A DNA stretch of 32,000 nt. Origin: Candidatus Saccharimonadota bacterium (GTDB taxonomy: Archaea > Micrarchaeota > Micrarchaeia > Micrarchaeales > Micrarchaeaceae). The notes beneath the pieces were generated by a model. It did not search any database and was not told the DNA's origin. It saw only the letters and a list, made by a program, of their open reading frames with translations. Positions 16,606-25,613 of the stretch are shown piece by piece. A program made the translations under genes and the position numbers. The stretch is taken from the NCBI GenBank assembly GCA_963698035.1, contig OY969114.1, positions 660,001-692,000 of the forward strand. The letters are read 5' to 3'. The number at the start of each line of letters is the position of its first letter. Position 1 is the stretch's first letter.

Positions 16606-17199
16606 ATGGATCAAGAGAGATTCCTTAGGGACATAGAGGAGTATATAGAGAGAAGCTCTGAGGTAACGAAGGAATTCAAGGGAATGGCCAATACGATAAA
16701 GGAAATAGCAGTAGCCATGGATACAGCAAGGGAGAATGGCAGCAACATCTACATAATGGGAAATGGTGGAAGCGCATCCACGGCATCGCATATTGCAAAC
16801 GATCTTAACAAGTCCGCTATACCGGACCCTATGAAAAGATTCAAGGTGATATGCCTGAACGACAATGTTCCGGTTATGATGGCTTGGGCCAATGATGTGT
16901 CGTATGATGTCGTTTTCGTGGAACAGCTGAAGAATTTCCTAACAAAGGGCGACATTGTAATAGGGCTCAGTGGCAGCGGCAACTCCCCAAACGTCATAAA
17001 GGCGATAGAGTACGCAAACGAGCACGGTAATACAACCATAGGGATAACGGGCGCGATGAATCCCAATGGAGGTAAGCTTGGAAAGATGGCCAAGATAGCG
17101 CTCATAATACCAGATAGTTCCATGGGGAGGATTGAGGACTTCCATCTTATGCTCAATCATTCTATACTTTGGGCATTCGTGCACAATTATAAAAAATAG
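16606..17199 (+). CDS. gmhA: SIS-domain sugar-phosphate isomerase, GmhA (phosphoheptose isomerase)-like
   Basis: IYIMGNGGSASTASHIANDL, VFVEQL, GLSGSGNSPNVIKAIEYA, GITG and RIEDFHLMLNH follow the GmhA/DiaA pattern. A GGTG Shine-Dalgarno at 16597-16600 precedes ATG 16606; GTG 16600 is an alternative start. Confidence 0.75.
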   Translation: MDQERFLRDIEEYIERSSEVTKEFKGMANTIKEIAVAMDTARENGSNIYIMGNGGSASTASHIANDLNKSAIPDPMKRFKVICLNDNVPVMMAWANDVSYDVVFVEQLKNFLTKGDIVIGLSGSGNSPNVIKAIEYANEHGNTTIGITGAMNPNGGKLGKMAKIALIIPDSSMGRIEDFHLMLNHSILWAFVHNYKK

Positions 17200-17237
17200 A
17201 CAGGCTTGGAGGAAACCTAGGGCTTTAGCCGAGGAGG

Positions 17238-19088
17238 ATGTCACTGAAATTATACACAGTACTTGGTCTATCCATTACAATAATTCTCCTTTCATTTTTG
17301 ATAATAAGTGCATTTGGGAACTCCATAGGATATATAATAACAGGAGCATGTGCGATAGCATTGGCTGCCTTCGCCATCTCCATGTTATTTGCAGGAAGAG
17401 ACATAAAGCAGGTGCTTTCCAGGAACCTAAACCAGTATTCCTTGATTTTGCTGTTTTTGATAGTTATATTTTTCCTACTTTTCACAATTTTTCTTCTTCC
17501 GAAAACAATTCTGGTCTATTTTGACGAAAACATATACCAGGGCGTTGCGCTGAACATACTGCACAACGGAAATGCGCTTCAGTGCTGGTATGGTACACCA
17601 TACGTGCAAAAATGCTTCTTAAATCAGCTTGGCTTTGACCCTTCCGGGTGGCCATTTCTTATTTCCATAGCGTTTGGCCTCTTCGGGACTAGCAACGCCG
17701 CATCATATAATCTCGAGCTGTTCTTGGGAGCCATTTCAATAGTGTCTGTATTCATGATTGCCAGCCTTCTAATCGAGAGGAAAGAGTTTGCTCCAATGTG
17801 CGCCATTATATTCTCGCTTGTACCGGAACTGTTCATTTGGTCCAAGACACTCGCAAACCCCGACCTGCCATTCATGGCATTTGCTGCACTTACCACGCTA
17901 TTGTTCTTAATATTCATAAAAAAGAGCAACAAAAAGACGCTTCTGCTATTCGCATTCTGCCTTACATTCACAATATACTTGCGGGTGGAGGCAATCCTCC
18001 TTGTGCCCCTTTTCCTCCTAGTGTTCCTCACACTAAGTGATGACAGCGCAAGAAAAACTTTCAAGGTCAGGATAAAAATATTGTCCACAAAATTATTTTC
18101 CGAAACGAATGTTTTGCTCCTCATCTTGATATCAGTAATCCTCATTGAGCCGCAGATCTATACCACGATTGCAACTACAGCCGAACTCCAGGCAAACGCT
18201 GCATTTTATTTATATCCAAATACTCCAATTTTCTCTTCGTCTTACATCCTGCCCAATCTATCGGCAAATCTATCCTTTTTGGCTGGATTGCTAAAGGATT
18301 ATCCAATCATCTTTTTGCCTAATATAACAGTACTCGCAGCACTCGGCGTGTTCTTTTTATTATTTAACAGGAAATACAAAAATAACCTGGCAACACTTCT
18401 GCTGCTTCTGGGCTTCTTTTTCATTTATTTCATATTCTACCTGTTTTATTTTGCAGGGTCAGTATTAGTTGCGGATGACGTGAGATATTTCCTTATTTTA
18501 TACCCCGCGCTCTCCATGTTGGCGGCATTCGGGGTTTTGGGCTTGGGCGACTGGCTATTGAGCCTTACCTATAGAAGCAGGCGTCATGAAAGGAAAAGGA
18601 CAGGATATCTGATATATGCGGTGCTTATATCGCTGATTTTCGTGGTACCATTCGTGTATGTTGCGCCCTTTTTGACCAATCCCTCATTCAACTACTACGG
18701 TTTCCCGGTGAACAATGTAACCGGTAAGCTTCAGGGCCTAAACCCTTATACAACCCAGTATGCCAAAATGTCAGCAGATTTTATCCAAAGCAACTACCAG
18801 TTAGTGCCGCCAGGTTGCTTAGTGCTGTCCGGGGTGCCTTCGATGTGGTTTATGCTAAACAGGAGTTCCTCACTCTGGCCCGAAACTGACGTATTTACAA
18901 ATGCAAGTTACAGCAGCTACGGCTGCTATTATCTTGACTATGACTCCTGGTGCACAGTGAGCCCGTACAATACTACTGTATGCAAATTTTACACCACAAA
19001 TTACAGCCTGGAAGTAGTAGCAATGGAAAACAGCGGCAGGCAATCTAACTTCTCGCTTTACAAGATACTAAATTATACGCCGAAATAA
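17238..19088 (+). CDS. GT-C-fold polytopic membrane glycosyltransferase (ArnT/PMT, GT39/GT83-like)
   Basis: 616 aa with more than 10 predicted TM helices. A first-loop DE motif (VYFDENIYQG) is followed by a soluble C-terminal domain. No WWDYG motif is present, so it is not an obvious AglB/STT3. Confidence 0.6.
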   Translation: MSLKLYTVLGLSITIILLSFLIISAFGNSIGYIITGACAIALAAFAISMLFAGRDIKQVLSRNLNQYSLILLFLIVIFFLLFTIFLLPKTILVYFDENIYQGVALNILHNGNALQCWYGTPYVQKCFLNQLGFDPSGWPFLISIAFGLFGTSNAASYNLELFLGAISIVSVFMIASLLIERKEFAPMCAIIFSLVPELFIWSKTLANPDLPFMAFAALTTLLFLIFIKKSNKKTLLLFAFCLTFTIYLRVEAILLVPLFLLVFLTLSDDSARKTFKVRIKILSTKLFSETNVLLLILISVILIEPQIYTTIATTAELQANAAFYLYPNTPIFSSSYILPNLSANLSFLAGLLKDYPIIFLPNITVLAALGVFFLLFNRKYKNNLATLLLLLGFFFIYFIFYLFYFAGSVLVADDVRYFLILYPALSMLAAFGVLGLGDWLLSLTYRSRRHERKRTGYLIYAVLISLIFVVPFVYVAPFLTNPSFNYYGFPVNNVTGKLQGLNPYTTQYAKMSADFIQSNYQLVPPGCLVLSGVPSMWFMLNRSSSLWPETDVFTNASYSSYGCYYLDYDSWCTVSPYNTTVCKFYTTNYSLEVVAMENSGRQSNFSLYKILNYTPK

Positions 19089-19209
19089 CCCGCTCCAGCG
19101 GCCATTTACGATTGGGTATACTTTGCTAGAGATAAAGCCCGAAGAGATAGAAGCGGTATGCAATCTTGTTCCCTCGTTTTACCAGCATACAAATCTTATA
19201 TTAAACCAG

Positions 19210-19255
19210 AAGCTTTTTATATCTAATTATACATAATTTTAACTATGTATAATTA
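19210..19255 (+). promoter_or_regulatory. Promoter/operator of the TauE-like gene: TATA-like ttttatat plus a perfect 12-bp inverted repeat
   Basis: aagctttttatatctaattatacata (19210-19235) matches 1965-1990. Inverted-repeat arms taattatacata (19224-19235) and tatgtataatta (19244-19255) are separated by 8 nt. The element ends 5 nt before ATG 19261. Confidence 0.6.
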
Positions 19256-19260
19256 ATCTG

Positions 19261-20121
19261 ATGGTATTGATGGCAAAATCAAAATTGAGTTTTAACAAGG
19301 GGCTGACAATCGGGCTTACAATAGTGATGCTCATCATCGCATATTTGTTGTATGTGTTTACAGATAATATAGCTGTCTCCCTTTTGGTGGTGTTTGGCTT
19401 TCTGCTGTCAATACTTGACACGTCTATGGGTATGGGATATGGAACAATAGGCACACCCGTACTGCTGATAGCTGGTATCTCTTCTGTAATAGCAGTGCCT
19501 GCAATCCTCATCTCGCAGTTTGTCTCGTCGTCGCTGGGAAGCATAGCACATAGGAAACTCAAGAATGCCGATGTTCTTAACATAAAGCACAGTGATGGAA
19601 AGATAACGATGGTGATTGTGGGGATGGGGCTCCTGGGTGCAATAGTTGGGGTCCTACTTGGAATAAGCTTACCAAAAGTATATCTCAATTCATATATAGG
19701 CTTGCTCGTTGTAGCAATGGGGGTATTGCTTATACTGGCGCCAAAATGGAAATTCTCGTGGCGCAAACTCTTCCCAATAGGCCTGATAAGCGGCTTTAAC
19801 AAAGCGATAAGCGGCGGGGGGTATGGGCCTGTTGTTACCTCTGGCTTGCTCATCTCGGGCAAACCTATAAAGAATTCCGTAGGAATTGCTGTCTTCTCTG
19901 TGGCTGTGATCACTCTTTTCTCATTTGCTCTCTATCTCCTTTCAGGAAAGATAAGCTCATATGCACCCGTGATTGGGATACTTGTTGGGGCAGCGATGGG
20001 TTCGCAGCTAGGGCCAAGGGTAACCCATAAGATGGTGCTGAAAAGGAATATTAAGATAATTGGGATAGTGGTTATCCTGCTCGGGCTTCTTACCCTTATA
20101 ACAACCTTTGTGAAACTCTGA
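19261..20121 (+). CDS. TauE/SafE-family (sulfite/organosulfonate exporter-like) membrane permease
   Basis: About 8 TM helices with an internal duplication. The Gly-rich family motifs are DTSMGMGYGTIGTPVLL and AISGGGYGPVVTSGLL. Confidence 0.7.
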   Translation: MVLMAKSKLSFNKGLTIGLTIVMLIIAYLLYVFTDNIAVSLLVVFGFLLSILDTSMGMGYGTIGTPVLLIAGISSVIAVPAILISQFVSSSLGSIAHRKLKNADVLNIKHSDGKITMVIVGMGLLGAIVGVLLGISLPKVYLNSYIGLLVVAMGVLLILAPKWKFSWRKLFPIGLISGFNKAISGGGYGPVVTSGLLISGKPIKNSVGIAVFSVAVITLFSFALYLLSGKISSYAPVIGILVGAAMGSQLGPRVTHKMVLKRNIKIIGIVVILLGLLTLITTFVKL

Positions 20122-20156
20122 GGTGTGGAGACTACCAAAAGCCAAGGTGCCCGTTC

Positions 20157-21038
20157 TCACAATGTATTATGGAATGCGTATCCCAGGACCAAATATATCA
20201 GCTTCGCAACGAGGAAGTTGGGGGCTGTGATCCCCGGAATGGGACACATCTCATTAAAGTCGATTCCTATCAGCTTCCTCTCTTTTAGGACTCCCTTCAG
20301 TATGTCCTTTATGTCATTGTACATCATGCCCCCAGGCTCCGGCGTGCCGGTGCTGGGCATCTCGCTCGGGTCGAGGACGTCAAGGTCGACTGTTATGTAA
20401 AGGTTTTTCTTTGTGTTCTTGAGTATCCTGTCTACAACCTGCTTCGTGCTCATTCCCCCAATGTCCTTCATGTAAAGAGTGTTCTTCGAATACCTTTTGG
20501 CTGATTGCTCGTCGGTGCTGCGCACTCCGACGCTGTAGCAGCTCTTGCACAGCTCCCTCGCTCTTGACATTATGCAGGCGTGGCAGTACCTGCTTCCCAT
20601 GAATTCGTCTCTTGAATCGGAATGCGCGTCGAAGTGCAGCACGCTGAAATCCTTAAAACTTTTTGACACTGCAACTATCGCACCGACAGCGATGGTGTGT
20701 TCGCCCCCGAGAAGTAGCGGCATCTTCGAATCGTCCAGTATTATAGAGACCTCTTTCGCTATCCTGTCCACCGTCTTCCTCGGCGAATCCAGGTTCGGCT
20801 CCAGCTCCTCTAGGGTGTATATCCCTATCTTCTTGCTTATGTCCGCGCCTAGCTCCTCGCTGTAGAGCTCCATCTGCCTGCTCGCCTCGATTATCGCGTG
20901 TGGGCCATCCCTAGAGCCGGCCCTGTATGTTGATGTGGAATCGTACGGCACAGGGAGCACCACCACTTTCGCCTTCTCATAATCCTGATTCTCCAGACCG
21001 AAAAGGTTGTACGGCGGCATCGCATTCAGCACTCGCAT
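20157..21038 (-). CDS. speB: Agmatinase (arginase/ureohydrolase family)
   Basis: The Mn-binding motifs are GGEHTIAVG, HFDAHSDSRDE and ITVDLDVLDPS. The 293-aa length is typical of archaeal SpeB. Confidence 0.8.
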   Translation of the reverse strand: MRVLNAMPPYNLFGLENQDYEKAKVVVLPVPYDSTSTYRAGSRDGPHAIIEASRQMELYSEELGADISKKIGIYTLEELEPNLDSPRKTVDRIAKEVSIILDDSKMPLLLGGEHTIAVGAIVAVSKSFKDFSVLHFDAHSDSRDEFMGSRYCHACIMSRARELCKSCYSVGVRSTDEQSAKRYSKNTLYMKDIGGMSTKQVVDRILKNTKKNLYITVDLDVLDPSEMPSTGTPEPGGMMYNDIKDILKGVLKERKLIGIDFNEMCPIPGITAPNFLVAKLIYLVLGYAFHNTL

Positions 21039-21075
21039 TAAATCACGATAGTTTGAGCATAAGTTATAAACATAT

Positions 21076-21681
21076 TTGGGTGGAAGCTCTATATATTATA
21101 GTGGTGAGCCCATAAAAGTACAAAATAAAGAGTTCCGCATCTTCCTCGAACCCCTCTCTGCAGATGATGCGGATGCACTCTCCCGCAACGCGAACGATTA
21201 CGAGATCGCATACAATGCAGCGTCATTCGGCACCTTTCCGCACCCCTACAGCCGAGAGCATGCGCTTTCGTTCATAGAGGATGCCGAGTCCTCGATGAAG
21301 AACGGCATGGCTTACCACTTCGGAATACGCATGGCTGACGGTACCCTGATCGGCGCCGCAGGCGTGCTCAGGATAGACCCGGAAGATAGAAGCTGCCGGA
21401 TAGGCTACTGGCTTGGGAGGGAGCACTGGGGGAAGGGATATGCGCGGGAGGCTGTATCGCTACTCTCCTCGTTCTGCTTTGGCAGCCTCAGCATCGACAA
21501 GATATACGCGAATGTCCTCGGGTTCAACGCAAGGTCGATATCACTGCTCGAAGGGCTCGGGTTCCGCAAAGACGACGGGCCTGTGCGCCTTATCGCGCAT
21601 TACGACGGATATGTTGAAGAGCAGAGATACTGGATGGAAAAGAGGTCCTTTGATATTGAACCGCACAGGCATAATAGATGA
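21076..21681 (+). CDS. GNAT-family N-acetyltransferase (RimL/RimJ-like)
   Basis: IGYWLGREHWGKGYAREAVSLL is an acetyl-CoA-binding (Q/RxxGxG/A-type) region, and the N-terminal FRIFLEPLSADDADAL is typical of the RimL-like subgroup. The start codon is uncertain: TTG 21076 is the only standard start upstream of the conserved region. Confidence 0.7.
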   Translation: MGGSSIYYSGEPIKVQNKEFRIFLEPLSADDADALSRNANDYEIAYNAASFGTFPHPYSREHALSFIEDAESSMKNGMAYHFGIRMADGTLIGAAGVLRIDPEDRSCRIGYWLGREHWGKGYAREAVSLLSSFCFGSLSIDKIYANVLGFNARSISLLEGLGFRKDDGPVRLIAHYDGYVEEQRYWMEKRSFDIEPHRHNR

Positions 21682-24218
21682 GAGGCGATCAAATGGATGA
21701 AACCTCGCACGTTACGCTCGGCAGGAACGTCCTGCCCCTTAATTACAGGATAAGAATAGAGCCGAACACGTCGGGGCCCAAGTACGCTGGAGAGGAGACC
21801 ATAAGCGTAGAGATAAAGAGGCCCACCTCCCGCATCCGGCTCAATGCAAAGGAACTCGTCATCAAGGGAGCAGCAGTGACATCGAAGGGGAAGAAGCAGA
21901 AGGCTTCTGTCAGGGCCATAAGGGGCAGCGAGGAGATAGAGCTCAAAGTCGGCGAGGGAGTATCCGGAAAGGCATCAATATGGATAAGCTTCGGCGGGAT
22001 ACACAACGAAGGGCTCTACGGGTTCTACAGGAGCAGGTACAAGCACAACGGCAGGAAGGACCTTATACTCACCACCCAGTTCGAGCCAGCCGACGCGAGG
22101 GCGGCCTTCCCCTGCTTTGACGAACCGGAGTTCAAGGCGACCTTCGACCTCTCCCTCCTTATAGACAAAAAGCTAGATGCGGTATCAAATATGGAGATAA
22201 AGTCGACAAGGGGCGGCGGCTCAAAGAAGGTTGTTACGTTCGGGACTACTCCGAGGATGTCCACCTACCTTCTCTATATCGGCGTAGGCAGATACGACTT
22301 CCTGGAATCCAGGCTCGGAAAGCTGAAGATCCGGGTGATAACCGTGCCGGGCAAGAAGGCGCTTGCCGGGACCGCGATGGACTACGCAAAACGCTTCATA
22401 AGGTTCTACGAGCGCTATTTCGGGATAGCGTACCCGCTCCCGAAGCTAGACCTGCTTGCAATTCCCGACTTCGCAGCCGGCGCGATGGAGAACTGGGGGG
22501 CGCTCACATTCCGCGAGGCGGAACTTATCTGCGACCCGAAGAAGACCTCCACCTCTACCCTGCAGTGGATTGCGGGGACGGTCTCGCACGAATTGACCCA
22601 CCAGTGGTTCGGCGACCTTGTAACGATGAGGTGGTGGGATGACATGTGGCTAAACGAGAGTTTTGCTACCTACATGTCCTACAAGGCGCTGGATGCAGTC
22701 TTCCCAAAATGGAAGGCTATGGAGGATTATCTAAACCTCGAGCTGACACGCGCATACGCTGCGGATGGGTACAGAGCCACGCACCCGGTGAGCCAGCCGG
22801 TGAGGAATGTACACCAGATCGCCCAGATGTTCGACGACATCGGATACAGGAAAGGGGGCAGTGTGCTCCGCATGCTGGAGGATTACTTGGGCGGCGAGAT
22901 CTTCAGGAAGGGTCTTAACATCTATCTCAAGAAGCACAAGTATTCGAATGCGACGCGGCACAATCTGTGGGACGCGCTCGAGCAGGCTGCCAAGCCCTCA
23001 GGCAAGCACCTTGATGTAGACAAGATTGTGAGCTATTGGATAGACAAGCCCGGCTATCCAGTAATAGAGGTGTCAGGGAAAAGCGGTGGGCTAGTTCTTG
23101 CACAGAAAAAGTTTACCATATCCGGCATCACCGCGCCAGGAAGATGGCCCATCCCTATCAACTACTCTGTTGACGGGAAGCCCCAGAAGCTGCTTATGAT
23201 GAAGGGCGGCAGGGTGGGGCTTGGCGTGCGCTATAAGGAATGGATAAAACTCAACTCCGGGCAGTTCGGCTTCTACAGGGTAAGGTATCCTCAAAGCATG
23301 ATGGATTCACTTGGCATGGCGATAAAGGAAAAAAGGATCAGCGCTGTCGATGCTTGGGGCATAGAAAATGATCTAAGCATACTTGCGCGCTGCGGGGCTA
23401 TAGATCTGTCTGACTATCTAGGCTTCATAAGCTCCTACTGCATGAACCTTGGCAACCCGGCGGCCTCCGACATATCCTCGCACCTGGATGGGCTCAGGCT
23501 GATTTCATTCTATACAAAACGGCACGGCGAGGTCGAAAGGCTTGCGATAAAATACAACCTTGCGCTTCTCGACAGGCTTGGCTGGAGCGAAAGGAAAGGA
23601 GACAGCACGGCAGACAAGACGCTGAGGGGCGATGCGATGATGAGGCTGGGCTTGATGGGTCATCCCAGAGCCGTGAAGAGGGCCGGGAGGCTCTTCCAGC
23701 TCTACAAGAAGGGCGTACGCATAGACCCGAACCTCAAGAATGCGACATTCATGTCGATAGCTGCCTGGGGCGGAAAGAGGGAGTTCGACGAGCTTGCCGG
23801 GCTGTATAAGAAGGCATGGCTGCCGATGGATCAGAGGGCCCTGTTATGGTCGCTGAGTGAGTTTAAAGACGTTAAACTGCTGAAAAAGGTGCTCGCCTTC
23901 TCATTCTCCAAAAGCGTAAGGCTGGAGGACTCGCCCTACCTGCCGGAGCTCGTATCAAGAAATCCGGTTGCAGCCAAGCTGATGCTCGGGTGGATAACCG
24001 ACAACTGGAGCAGGCTGATGAAACTCTATCCGCCAAGCCTCGAGATGCTCGTAGGGATGGTGGAGGCCCTCGGCCTCCAGCATGACGATATGGCGAGGGC
24101 CAGAGTGGTGCGTCTCTTCTCCAAGAGCAGCAACAGGCGCCAAGACATCGAGCTGGCGATAAAGCAGGTAATAGAGACGATCGATGCAAACATCAGGTTT
24201 ATCAAAAGAAACGGCTAG
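21678..24218 (+). CDS. M1-family zinc aminopeptidase (tricorn-interacting factor F2/F3-like)
   Basis: GAMENWG exopeptidase motif and HELTHQWFGDLVT...WLNESFA (HExxH+E zinc site), with an ERAP1-like helical C-terminal domain. ATG 21678 overlaps the GNAT stop (ATGA); ATG 21693 is an alternative start. Confidence 0.9.
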   Translation: MRGDQMDETSHVTLGRNVLPLNYRIRIEPNTSGPKYAGEETISVEIKRPTSRIRLNAKELVIKGAAVTSKGKKQKASVRAIRGSEEIELKVGEGVSGKASIWISFGGIHNEGLYGFYRSRYKHNGRKDLILTTQFEPADARAAFPCFDEPEFKATFDLSLLIDKKLDAVSNMEIKSTRGGGSKKVVTFGTTPRMSTYLLYIGVGRYDFLESRLGKLKIRVITVPGKKALAGTAMDYAKRFIRFYERYFGIAYPLPKLDLLAIPDFAAGAMENWGALTFREAELICDPKKTSTSTLQWIAGTVSHELTHQWFGDLVTMRWWDDMWLNESFATYMSYKALDAVFPKWKAMEDYLNLELTRAYAADGYRATHPVSQPVRNVHQIAQMFDDIGYRKGGSVLRMLEDYLGGEIFRKGLNIYLKKHKYSNATRHNLWDALEQAAKPSGKHLDVDKIVSYWIDKPGYPVIEVSGKSGGLVLAQKKFTISGITAPGRWPIPINYSVDGKPQKLLMMKGGRVGLGVRYKEWIKLNSGQFGFYRVRYPQSMMDSLGMAIKEKRISAVDAWGIENDLSILARCGAIDLSDYLGFISSYCMNLGNPAASDISSHLDGLRLISFYTKRHGEVERLAIKYNLALLDRLGWSERKGDSTADKTLRGDAMMRLGLMGHPRAVKRAGRLFQLYKKGVRIDPNLKNATFMSIAAWGGKREFDELAGLYKKAWLPMDQRALLWSLSEFKDVKLLKKVLAFSFSKSVRLEDSPYLPELVSRNPVAAKLMLGWITDNWSRLMKLYPPSLEMLVGMVEALGLQHDDMARARVVRLFSKSSNRRQDIELAIKQVIETIDANIRFIKRNG

Positions 24219-24226
24219 GTATTCAA

Positions 24227-25309
24227 ATGGGCGTCGCTCTCTACTTCTTTGTCATATTTCTGTCGCTGGTCTGGCTGGGTATGATGCTGATAGCTCTTTC
24301 GCCGCTTTTCAGAAAGAAACAGAGAGAGTACGGCCCTGGCAAGCGGGAGGACAGGGTACTTGTGATTGTCCCCTGTAAAGGAGAGGACATCGAATTACAG
24401 AAGAACCTCGAATCGCTGAAAGATCAAGATTGCCCAAACTATGACCTAGTCGCAGTAGTCGACCGCGCCACCGACAGGTCGATTGGACTGATAAAGAGGG
24501 CGGGGATCAGGTACATACTTTCGTCAAAGAGGTACAGGAACTGCAGCGGCAAGGTGGCTGCGATCATCACTGCAATGAGGAAATACCCCACATACGACAT
24601 TTACGTCAACATAGATTCCGATGTACGCTGCAGAAAGGATCACATAAGGAAGCTCGTAGCCCCCCTCCAGGACGGCAAGGTGGGCGCCTCAACAGCATAC
24701 CCGTACTTCGTGCCAGTCTCTGGGTTCTGGTCATCGGTGAAGATGGTCTGGGGGTTTGTAGGCAACGGCATGATGGGATCCAGCATGACCCGCTTCATAT
24801 GGGGCGGTTCAATGGCATTCAGAAAGGGGCTCATCGGCAGGAAGGAATTTGATATCTTTGAGGGTGCCTTATCTGACGACATGGCAATATCGTACTTCAC
24901 GAAGAGGAAGGGCCTCTCAATAGCATACATAGACAGCAACTCCACGCAGGTCATGGCGAGTGACAGCTTCAGCTCCTTCTGGGAGTGGTCAAACAGGCAG
25001 ACTGCGCTCTCCATCCTCGGCAACCGCGGAGTGCTCTACTACGGTCTCGCATTCTATGGCGGGCAGATACTACTGCTCCTGTCTGGAATAGCACTTTTCC
25101 TCTTAATCTCCCCCCTATTCTTGGTGCTGCTGTTGCCTTTCGCCATCGGAGTATGGAAGAACTACAGAAGGGCCACGTCGAAAAGGATTGCTGCGATACC
25201 AATATCGATGGTCATAAATTTCGTATTCTTCGCCAACCTCGTCGCTGCGTCAAGGATGAGGCAGATAGAGTGGCGCGGCAGGAGGTACGAACTCTCCAAT
25301 CCTTTCTGA
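24227..25309 (+). CDS. Membrane-bound family-2 glycosyltransferase (GT2/GT21, ceramide-glucosyltransferase/HpnI-like)
   Basis: An N-terminal TM is followed by VIVPCKGED, VAVVD, NIDSDV (DxD-type) and GGSMAFRK, then C-terminal TM helices. It starts 8 nt after the aminopeptidase stop. Confidence 0.7.
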   Translation: MGVALYFFVIFLSLVWLGMMLIALSPLFRKKQREYGPGKREDRVLVIVPCKGEDIELQKNLESLKDQDCPNYDLVAVVDRATDRSIGLIKRAGIRYILSSKRYRNCSGKVAAIITAMRKYPTYDIYVNIDSDVRCRKDHIRKLVAPLQDGKVGASTAYPYFVPVSGFWSSVKMVWGFVGNGMMGSSMTRFIWGGSMAFRKGLIGRKEFDIFEGALSDDMAISYFTKRKGLSIAYIDSNSTQVMASDSFSSFWEWSNRQTALSILGNRGVLYYGLAFYGGQILLLLSGIALFLLISPLFLVLLLPFAIGVWKNYRRATSKRIAAIPISMVINFVFFANLVAASRMRQIEWRGRRYELSNPF

Positions 25310-25370
25310 TGATTGATGATTGAGGAAGGCATAAATATCTTAAAACCCATATAGTATAGCGCGTGATTCT

Positions 25371-25613
25371 GTGGCGAATAAAGTCGACAAGGTAGTGCTT
25401 AAGATATTCGACAAGAAATCCGGCGGCTTCGAGAAGAGGCCGCACAACTGCGATCTCTGCCAGGTATACAAGAGGGAGGCGGCGAAAGGGGATATAGACG
25501 CGCTCAGGTTCTACAAGGAACACATAAACCAGATGGTCAAGAAGTACAAGGGAGTCACCCTTGTCTTCGACGCAAAGCACCAGTTCTACGCGCTTTCCAA
25601 AGCGAAGAAGTGA
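25371..25613 (+). CDS. Hypothetical small basic protein (80 aa)
   Basis: GTG start. The stop TGA (25611-25613) overlaps the GTG start of the next gene (GTGA). It is Lys-rich and contains HNCDLC. No family was recognised. Confidence 0.45.
   Translation: MANKVDKVVLKIFDKKSGGFEKRPHNCDLCQVYKREAAKGDIDALRFYKEHINQMVKKYKGVTLVFDAKHQFYALSKAKK

Noticed and set aside
19239-19913. 224-aa ORF antisense to the TauE-like gene
   Set aside because: It lies entirely within, and opposite to, a gene with clear family motifs and TM periodicity. Its Pro/Thr/Ile-rich translation looks like a shadow frame, and I see no start context.
23872-24189. 105-aa Arg/Ala-rich minus-strand ORF within the aminopeptidase gene
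   Set aside because: It is an antisense shadow in a GC-richer stretch and has no motifs. The plus strand continues the M1 peptidase C-terminal domain.
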